Below, one piece after another: positions 57,018 through 64,000 of a stretch of DNA of 64,000 nucleotides (position 1 is the stretch's first letter; every line of letters begins with the position of its first letter). The notes below the pieces were generated by a model, which saw only the letters and a list, made by a program, of their open reading frames with translations, was not told the origin of the DNA and searched no databases. Both the position numbers and the translations under genes were made by a program. The stretch comes from an uncultured Nitrososphaeraceae archaeon (GTDB lineage Archaea; Thermoproteota; Nitrososphaeria; Nitrososphaerales; Nitrososphaeraceae): assembly GCA_963729045.1 (NCBI GenBank), contig CAVSMN010000020.1:160001-224000 (forward strand), in the 5' to 3' direction.

Positions 57018-57536
57018 ATGAGCGTGAGAGAAGACCCTAATGTAATTTTACAGCGTGATTCAAGAATAAAATTTATTGGAATATTAAAAAATGGTAACCA
57101 AGATATAAGTTTTAGCCAAGATAACAAAATTGATGAGAATGATGTTAAACTAAGTATGATTCAAACGCCTATTATACTGGAAGCTGGAAAAAGGTTTACG
57201 GACTTGGGAAATTTGGAGTCTGTAATATTCGAATATGACAAAATGAAATTATATAATTTGCCTATGGGCGAAGAAACAGTCATTTTCGGAACCGATAACG
57301 AGATTAATAATGAGGAGATAATGAAATTGGTTTCCAACAATATAACAGGTTTTCAAAATGAATCAGGGTCTCAGTATCTAGGACAAAAAGGCCAAACAGA
57401 TCCAGGTCAATTTGAAAACCCATGGCAAAATTATATTTCTAATTTAATTGAATTTTGGAAGGAGTTTGCAATAACTTCTATCAGAATGAATGAAAAAATG
57501 GTTGAAGAATTTTGGAAAATTTTTAGTAATAAATGA
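57018..57536 (+). CDS. Hypothetical protein (roadblock/profilin-like N-terminal domain)
   Basis: DSRIKFIGI..LGNLESVIFEYDK; resembles 28714-29130. Confidence 0.65.
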   Translation: MSVREDPNVILQRDSRIKFIGILKNGNQDISFSQDNKIDENDVKLSMIQTPIILEAGKRFTDLGNLESVIFEYDKMKLYNLPMGEETVIFGTDNEINNEEIMKLVSNNITGFQNESGSQYLGQKGQTDPGQFENPWQNYISNLIEFWKEFAITSIRMNEKMVEEFWKIFSNK

Positions 57537-57593
57537 TTCCGATCACATTTATGCTAATTTGTTAATCAAAAGTTGAAAGTGTTCATTTTATTT

Positions 57594-57953
57594 TTATTTT
57601 AGAAAATCAACGCTTTCCCATTGAGGTAAAATGAAGAAATTTATTATATAATTTCCAAAAATAATTGAATTGTTGTTAACATTACATTCTATATGAGGAT
57701 GAACAAACGAAAGCAATGGATAGCTGTTACTTATTTTTTCAGACATTTGTATAAGATTACGTATTTCAGCTCCACGAATTTTTGGTATTTTTGTGCTAGA
57801 TTTTACTTGGATCAACAAGAAGGTGTTGTTCCGGCTGGCTACTATGTCAGCTGGTCCTCTACTACCCTTTGAAAAAAATACGGCCCAACCATAATTAGTA
57901 AGACATGATCCGGCAGCATATTCTGCTTCGCGTCCAAATCCACTATAAGACAA
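57594..57953 (-). CDS. PD-(D/E)XK nuclease, Holliday-junction resolvase (Hjc)-like
   Basis: GREAE..GW..GSRGPADIVA..LIQVKS. Confidence 0.75.
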   Translation of the reverse strand: MSYSGFGREAEYAAGSCLTNYGWAVFFSKGSRGPADIVASRNNTFLLIQVKSSTKIPKIRGAEIRNLIQMSEKISNSYPLLSFVHPHIECNVNNNSIIFGNYIINFFILPQWESVDFLK

Positions 57954-58077
57954 AACTAGAATTTTTTAGCAGTCAAATTATAATAACTTTTTTAATCAAT
58001 AAAATAATGCAATATCGTATTACAAGTTTACGAGTAATGTAGATATACTTTTAATCAAAAAGAATATAAAAAAATTA

Positions 58078-58626
58078 TTGAAAAGAGGATTGTACATAGG
58101 GAGATTTCAACCATTCCACAAAGGGCACTTAAATTCGCTCAAATGGTGCAGCGATAAGGTAGATGAATTGATAATTGCTGTGGGAAGCTCAGATAAAAGT
58201 TTTGAATTAAGAAATCCTTTCACCGCTGGAGAAAGAATAGAAATAATTAGAGAAAATATAACCGCTGGGATAAAAGAAAAACGTGATAAAATCATTCTTA
58301 TCCCAGTTCCAGATGTAGGAGTACACTTACTATGGACATATAACATAGATCTATTAGTTCCTAGATATAATACTGTATTTACAAACGATCCCTTTACTAG
58401 TATGTTATATAAGGAAAGGGGAATTGAAATCATACATCCGGACTTAATTAGTAGAGAAGTCATGTCTGCCACAGAAGTAAGGCACAGGATTGCAAGTGAC
58501 AAGAACTGGGAAGAGTTAGTACCCACTCCCACAATAAAACTGATTAATGAAATCGAGGGGGTAGACAGGGTAAAGAATTTATACAACCTAACAAAATCAC
58601 ATGTTACCACAGAATATTATCATTAA
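58078..58626 (+). CDS. nadM: Nicotinamide-nucleotide adenylyltransferase
   Basis: GRFQPFHKGH, NPFTAGER, SATEVR. Confidence 0.93.
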   Translation: MKRGLYIGRFQPFHKGHLNSLKWCSDKVDELIIAVGSSDKSFELRNPFTAGERIEIIRENITAGIKEKRDKIILIPVPDVGVHLLWTYNIDLLVPRYNTVFTNDPFTSMLYKERGIEIIHPDLISREVMSATEVRHRIASDKNWEELVPTPTIKLINEIEGVDRVKNLYNLTKSHVTTEYYH

Positions 58627-58662
58627 GTCAGATTGGTTGGAGTTTTGAGGAAATAGTTGTAA

Positions 58663-59730
58663 ATGTTGTCAGTAGATGGTTCAACCGGCGAAGGAGGTGG
58701 ACAGATTCTTAGAAGTGCAATAACTATTTCAACAATAATCGGGAAGCCAATAAAAGTGACAAATATAAGATCAAATAGAAAGGATCCTGGTTTGAAGCAT
58801 CAGCATGTCTTAACAATTCAGTTACTTTCAAGAATATTTAATGTACATACCGAAAATGTAAGTTTGGGTTCGGAATGGATCAGGTTTGAAGCATCTAAAG
58901 ATAGTAGATTCAACGAATATGATAAACCTGCAAATGATGTCATAATTGCAGACATTGGAACTGCGGGCAGTATACCATTACTATTGCAGACATTAATTCC
59001 GACAGTAGCAATTTCTCAAAAAGACTTGGTAATTAGATTGTCAGGCGGAACCGATGTGAAATTTAGTCCAACCATAGATTACATAAAATATGTATTAAGA
59101 GATGCATATTCTAAAATTGGAATCGTATTTGACATAAATGTCCTAAAAAGAGGATTTTATCCCCGAGGACAAGGAGTCGTCGAAATCAAAATAAGAAAAG
59201 CCATCGATCTTCATCCAATAGAGTTTTGTAATTTCAAAGAAATTGAACCAAACATAATAAGCATAGCAGCAAGATTGCCAAAACACATTCCAGAGAGACA
59301 AATTGGAAGTGCAATAGCAACTTTGGAGAAAAAAGGCATAAGATACTCCAAACACAAATCTATCTTAGAAAATTCAGAGAGTCCAGGATCTTCAATTCTA
59401 GTATACACTACTTCAGAATCAGGTATATATTTGGGGGCGGATTCTATCGGCGAGAAGGGCGTCAAAGCAGAAGTAATAGGCAATAGAGCTGCAAAGAAAT
59501 TCATAGACGATTATGAATTTCGCGCATGTATTGATCAACATTTAGCGGATATGCTAGTCCTGCCATTAAGCTTTGTTGATGGGAAATCCAGGTACAAAAT
59601 ATCAAGAATAACGACACACCTATTAACAAATTTGGAAGTGATTAGAATGCTCAATTCTATAGAGTATCATTTTGAGAAAATCTCTGAAAACGAATTCATA
59701 CTATCGATTGAAGGTAATCCAGTTATTTGA
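58663..59730 (+). CDS. rtcA: RNA 3'-terminal phosphate cyclase
   Basis: DGSTGEGGGQILR, PGLKHQH, GGTDV, RGFYPRG, DQHLADML, HLLTN. Confidence 0.94.
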   Translation: MLSVDGSTGEGGGQILRSAITISTIIGKPIKVTNIRSNRKDPGLKHQHVLTIQLLSRIFNVHTENVSLGSEWIRFEASKDSRFNEYDKPANDVIIADIGTAGSIPLLLQTLIPTVAISQKDLVIRLSGGTDVKFSPTIDYIKYVLRDAYSKIGIVFDINVLKRGFYPRGQGVVEIKIRKAIDLHPIEFCNFKEIEPNIISIAARLPKHIPERQIGSAIATLEKKGIRYSKHKSILENSESPGSSILVYTTSESGIYLGADSIGEKGVKAEVIGNRAAKKFIDDYEFRACIDQHLADMLVLPLSFVDGKSRYKISRITTHLLTNLEVIRMLNSIEYHFEKISENEFILSIEGNPVI

Positions 59731-61180
59731 AAAATTTTTTTGTTTCTCCCAGAGTCATCATATCAACTGGATTTATTTTAATCACCATTGGCAAATTTGA
59801 TACGGCCTTTCCGATTGCCAAACAATTTCTATGGGAAAGTGTCTTGACCAAGGACTTGATAGTTGAGGAGTCTACTAACGACACCTTTGAAATTTTTTCT
59901 AGATCAGAATCGTTTGTAAAATTGAATAAAAAAATATTATCAACCTGTCTATATATGGTATCATTTATAGCATCTGGCTGATTTGTAATAAATGTAGAAT
60001 AAATTCCAAAATGTCTCATCCTTGTTATTAGATCTTCCCAATATGTATCACGAATATATAATTGAGCTTCTTCAGCAAATATAAAAATTGGTGGAATTAG
60101 AGATTTTTCTAATAATTCAATTAATTTATTCATCACTAGCTCAACAATCATTCGTCTTACTACTGGAGATATCCTGCTCATATTCACTATCATAGCAGCA
60201 CCCTTTGGTTTGGTTTTTATTACATCCTCAAATTGAAACCCTCTTTCGTTAACACCATTGGATGAAAACAGTCGAGAAGAATTAATCATGTGGAATCGGG
60301 ATAATAGTGCATCCCTAACCAATTCATTAATAGTCCAAGTTCCAAAAGCTTTACCAAGCTCAAATAGACTAAGTATCTTTTTATTTTCTAACGAATCCCA
60401 TATTCTAAAAAATTCTCTTAGTGAAGCAGAAGGCATATCTAATGCATTTTTTAACATATTAGAAATAGAAGGTTTTCCAAAATATGTTAAATTGAATTTC
60501 AATTCTCTTCCAGGATTTAACAAAAGAAGCTTATCACTGATAGATGAGGGCGTCCCATCAACATTAGAGGATAGCCCACTATACTCATTATTTAAGTCAA
60601 ATACTATTACATAGGCTCCATACTGTATGAGAGAGTTGATCAGTATTTTTGAAAGATGAGATTTACCGGTTTCTTTCTTGCCCGTGATTATATTTAACTT
60701 ACCATCTAGATCTTCAGCAAAAATTTCAAAGTTTTGATTATCAGATCCGCATCTACCTAAGGAAATTGGATATTGCATGTTTTTCTTTAATAAAGCCTTT
60801 ATCTCGTTTAGACCAATTTTGACAATCTTGGAGTTTACTCTTGATGGTACCCAGTCTACATCGGTTGATATTTGATTGTCATTGTCAATAGAAGCCCTTA
60901 TTTTAGTCTTAAAGATCCTGACATCCCGTATTGTTTGAGATAGATTGGTAATCTCCAAAGGATCAAAAATATTTTCAGCACTAAATTTAGAAATCACCTC
61001 ATCCTTAATTATCTCCTCTACAAGGGACGATGATGAAAAATACTCTTCGTCATAGAATTGAACTAGTAGTTTCTTATTATTGTTAAAATCTTCAATAACA
61101 AAGTAGTCACCCTTATTTGCAAAATCATTTGTTACCGCGAGTAAGAGAATTTCATCACCTGTTTTTGATAGAATTTTCAT
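59723..61180 (-). CDS. HerA/FtsK-like ATPase (DUF87)
   Basis: Walker A GKKETGKS, FDLNNEY, Walker B IFAEEAQ, RMRHFG, TNQP. Confidence 0.85.
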   Translation of the reverse strand: MKILSKTGDEILLLAVTNDFANKGDYFVIEDFNNNKKLLVQFYDEEYFSSSSLVEEIIKDEVISKFSAENIFDPLEITNLSQTIRDVRIFKTKIRASIDNDNQISTDVDWVPSRVNSKIVKIGLNEIKALLKKNMQYPISLGRCGSDNQNFEIFAEDLDGKLNIITGKKETGKSHLSKILINSLIQYGAYVIVFDLNNEYSGLSSNVDGTPSSISDKLLLLNPGRELKFNLTYFGKPSISNMLKNALDMPSASLREFFRIWDSLENKKILSLFELGKAFGTWTINELVRDALLSRFHMINSSRLFSSNGVNERGFQFEDVIKTKPKGAAMIVNMSRISPVVRRMIVELVMNKLIELLEKSLIPPIFIFAEEAQLYIRDTYWEDLITRMRHFGIYSTFITNQPDAINDTIYRQVDNIFLFNFTNDSDLEKISKVSLVDSSTIKSLVKTLSHRNCLAIGKAVSNLPMVIKINPVDMMTLGETKKFFK

Positions 61181-62214
61181 CTCCAGGCAGTCCCTAAAAC
61201 GGATGATCTAGCATTCTCATGAGAGATTTCTCTAACAGAATAATTAGACTTTATGAAACTCTTTATACTTGCCAAGTCCGTATTTGAAAAAACAGAGACA
61301 TAATGTGAAAGTTGGAGAGTGCTTGGATAACCAAAATGAATTAATTCGTTATATAGTAATGTTCCTAAAGTACTATTCACATCATTATTATATGATACTA
61401 CATCGGCCCTTAGTATGTTTGAGTATTGACTGTTAGATAACTTTACTAGAAGATGTTCTCCATGTATCCTAGATATCAAGCTTCGAATAACCAGGTTTAT
61501 ATCAACATAGGAACAAACTTTAGATCTTATCAAAGGATATGACAAATACTTTAGTATCTTTATTTTGGAGTTTTTACTTATTCCAATTAATGAATTTTTA
61601 TTGATAACAGAATTTTCTATGGTTTTTGAAATATCATAAAAATGATTCTCAAATATTGAAGATTTCAATGAACCATCAATGAGTATTATAGAGTTTGAAA
61701 CCAATTTTGATAACCAAAACTGAATATACCTTTCTATATTTACTCTCAAGAATTTTTTTGCATAATCATCATTAAAGAGTATTAGTTTGGATACATTGTG
61801 CTCAAGTCGAAGATTCTGAAGAGCTTCTTCGTTAAGATAAAAAATTAACGGGCCTATTCTTAAATGAGCAGCAGGTTTGCCCTTAAAAGATATACATATG
61901 GATCCCTTTACAGCATATAATCCACCATCCTCGACTTCTGCAACCTTAATACAGCTAGAATCAATACCAAAAACTAACTTTTCCTTTTGCACTAATTCGA
62001 TTTCATTTATTTTCTGGTTAGCATACCTTTCTGAATGAATTCCCCAATTTTGTATGGGTACGCCCTCGTCATCGTCTACAAAAACCAGCTTTTTATTTTC
62101 AATTAAATTTCTATAGTCCTTACAAAAGTAGGAATTACTAAAGTTGTTAATTAAAGATTTTTTCATATTCTCTATATTTGATTCCAGATCATGGAGATTT
62201 AATTGATTGTGCAT
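61177..62214 (-). CDS. NurA-family nuclease
   Basis: FGIDSS, LIDGSL, GISKNS, GYP..L..H; overlaps the herA start (ATGA); own start uncertain. Confidence 0.8.
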   Translation of the reverse strand: MHNQLNLHDLESNIENMKKSLINNFSNSYFCKDYRNLIENKKLVFVDDDEGVPIQNWGIHSERYANQKINEIELVQKEKLVFGIDSSCIKVAEVEDGGLYAVKGSICISFKGKPAAHLRIGPLIFYLNEEALQNLRLEHNVSKLILFNDDYAKKFLRVNIERYIQFWLSKLVSNSIILIDGSLKSSIFENHFYDISKTIENSVINKNSLIGISKNSKIKILKYLSYPLIRSKVCSYVDINLVIRSLISRIHGEHLLVKLSNSQYSNILRADVVSYNNDVNSTLGTLLYNELIHFGYPSTLQLSHYVSVFSNTDLASIKSFIKSNYSVREISHENARSSVLGTAWR

Positions 62215-62277
62215 GTTGTTCAACAACAACAAGATGCTAATAAATGTTGTTCATGATGTGCATGTTGTTCAACAACA
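62208..62277. repeat. 21-bp direct repeat (TGTGCATGTTGTTCAACAACA) x2, each containing the palindrome TGTTGTT-C-AACAACA, plus one half-site between
   Basis: Copies at 62208-62228 and 62257-62277; half-site ATGTTGTTCA at 62244-62253. Confidence 0.9.
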
Positions 62278-62313
62278 CCTTTATCAGACAGGAAGTATAT
62301 ACAAATATCAAGC

Positions 62314-62826
62314 ATGAGTGAAGCGGTATCGAAATTATCTTTGGAGACAAAGATAAAATTGAAATATAAAGAATGGGAAGTCGAAATTACATGTGTAGAA
62401 GATAAAGTTAAGAATGTAGTGGAGAATGTCCTTACCGGAATAGATATCGCCTCGCTCTCAAGTACAAATACCAATAGTGAAATTGAAAAATTAAAGACTG
62501 AAATTGATTTATTAAAATCAAAAATTGATGGAGACAGTAATTTGCAAAATATGAATCAAAGAAGAAACAATGTTTCATTAAAGGAACTTGCAAAGAATGG
62601 AAATACGTGTAGAAGTTTGATGGAAAAGATCTTTTATGAGAAATTTTTTGAAAGTGAGAGACTACTTATAGAGGTTCACCAAGAGTTGTCAAGAATTGGA
62701 TATAATTACGATAAAACAGCAGTATCACATTCTTTAAGTGACATGGTAAGAGAAGGGATATTAACTCGTGTAGGAACTCTAAGGAACTACAGATATATTC
62801 AGAAAAAACCATTGTTTGAAAAGTAA
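62314..62826 (+). CDS. Hypothetical protein: N-terminal beta-hairpin/helix, coiled coil, C-terminal wHTH
   Basis: IKLKYKEWEVEITC..; FFESER.L.EV..EL...GYNYDKTAVSHSL..MV..G.L.R.G...YRY. Confidence 0.8.
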   Translation: MSEAVSKLSLETKIKLKYKEWEVEITCVEDKVKNVVENVLTGIDIASLSSTNTNSEIEKLKTEIDLLKSKIDGDSNLQNMNQRRNNVSLKELAKNGNTCRSLMEKIFYEKFFESERLLIEVHQELSRIGYNYDKTAVSHSLSDMVREGILTRVGTLRNYRYIQKKPLFEK

Positions 62827-62831
62827 CTATT

Positions 62832-63377
62832 TTAGAGTAATTTTTTTGCCATAATATCATTTAACCATTTAATTCCTATAGTGGTAATCCCATACACTAC
62901 TGATTCTGATTGATTTTCCTTACTTACACTTTTTACAACATATCCAACTTTAACTAATTCAGACAATCTTGAACTAATAGATTTTGGATTTAGGTTTGTT
63001 GTAGATTGGATTTCGGATATAGGAGATGATTTTTCCGAAATCTTGCCCAATTCGAATGCTATTTTTGACCCTAACAAAAATAGCATGACTATTTCCTTAT
63101 CGGAAAATTTCTTATTATGAATCTCTCCAAGGTTGGGTAATATTTTGGGCCCCTCAGGGGTAATTTTGATTATAGATGAATACATCTCGATTAATTCGGA
63201 CACAGAGTAATTTAAGGAAATTTTCTGAGCCAAGCGTATCTCTGGAATATTTTTGGTAAGAAAAGAAATAGTAGACAGAAGAACATTCTCAGGCTCCCCA
63301 CTAAATTGCACTTTTATATCGTTATATTGAATTGAGATATTTACAATATTATTCTTGTTTGGATCATCGTAAACCAT
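62832..63377 (-). CDS. Hypothetical protein with a C-terminal wHTH
   Basis: VNISIQYNDIKVQFSG..; ISEIQSTTNLNPKSISSRLSELVKVGYV..YGITTIG. Confidence 0.8.
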   Translation of the reverse strand: MVYDDPNKNNIVNISIQYNDIKVQFSGEPENVLLSTISFLTKNIPEIRLAQKISLNYSVSELIEMYSSIIKITPEGPKILPNLGEIHNKKFSDKEIVMLFLLGSKIAFELGKISEKSSPISEIQSTTNLNPKSISSRLSELVKVGYVVKSVSKENQSESVVYGITTIGIKWLNDIMAKKLL

Positions 63378-63529
63378 GTAAATATATTCAATAAACTGAT
63401 AAAATGTTATAAACTTATGAATGTATATCTATTACCCTTGTTATGAACTTTTATCAAAGTAGTTTAGGAAGTAGATGAAAAGTACATTAATGGATGAAAT
63501 GCCAAAGGTCTTAGGTCAAATTACTAGAA

Positions 63530-64000
63530 ATGTCTAAGGATAATGATAATAAAAATAATTTCATTAAAATAGGATTTACCAAATTATTAAAACCATTTGA
63601 GGATTCAATGAACGAAGTAGAAAAAATTTCGAAAGCCTTCGGATTAGCATTGAGGATTTACAGTAGCATGACGAGAAAATATCAATATGATAAAATTGAA
63701 CCTCAAATAAATCATTCACTAAGAGTAGCATTAATTCTAAACGAAGAGATGAACTCAGATAATTCAGATCTGGTTTGTTCCGCACTACTTCATGATATTT
63801 TCAATAAACAAGAAGTATCCAAAGAGACGAAAGACTATATAAAAAAAGAAATTAGCGAAAAAACATTTACAACAGTATCGTTTTTTAACAAATATACCAA
63901 TTTAGAATCCAATAAAAATGAAGAATTAAAAATAGAAAAACAGTTCGGCAAAATAAAGCAATCAGACAACATGATAAAAAACATTATCCTGGCTGAACGA
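63530..64000 (+). CDS. HD-domain protein, RelA/SpoT hydrolase (Mesh1)-like, partial (runs off the window end)
   Basis: Manual translation: MSKDND..KAFGLA..TRK..PQINHSLRVALIL..LVCSALLHDIF..IILAER; open to the window edge. Confidence 0.75.
   Translation, partial: MSKDNDNKNNFIKIGFTKLLKPFEDSMNEVEKISKAFGLALRIYSSMTRKYQYDKIEPQINHSLRVALILNEEMNSDNSDLVCSALLHDIFNKQEVSKETKDYIKKEISEKTFTTVSFFNKYTNLESNKNEELKIEKQFGKIKQSDNMIKNIILAER

Noticed and set aside
62208..62277. Possible mini-CRISPR (repeat-spacer-repeat)
   Set aside because: Only two 21-bp units, the spacer contains part of the repeat, and there are no cas genes; an operator is a better explanation
63398..63456. Imperfect repeats TGTTAT(A/G)AACTT upstream of the HD gene
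   Set aside because: Short and AT-rich; could be chance or simply two divergent promoters

Overview
AT-rich archaeal chromosome segment. The 16S/23S rRNA sequences, Tes, the CdvB paralog, the 3HP/4HB-type enoyl-CoA hydratase and thiolase, and the many two-component genes point to an ammonia-oxidising archaeon (Nitrososphaeraceae, probably Nitrosocosmicus-like; inferred, not searched). It is mostly core genome: the aIF5B-ndk-rpl24e-rps28e-rpl7ae cluster, KEOPS genes (bud32, kae1), ychF, a 16S-23S rRNA operon on the minus strand with long, highly structured spacers, dph2, pheA, csl4, folP, thrB, tes, pelota, pyrB, class II RNR (nrdJ), nadM, rtcA and a nurA-herA pair. No transposase or CRISPR array was seen. 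Points of most interest: (1) a wHTH + ATP-cone + catalytically dead class III RNR-like protein just upstream of nrdJ; (2) a duplicated 15-bp palindrome between nurA-herA and two convergent wHTH genes of similar architecture; (3) a C/D-box sRNA predicted to guide Cm34 of tRNA-Leu(CAA); (4) a tRNA-Leu(UAG) with two introns; (5) a PurF-like protein lacking both active-site motifs; (6) three genes broken by 1-nt indels (csl4, cutA, an M3-like peptidase), possibly assembly errors.
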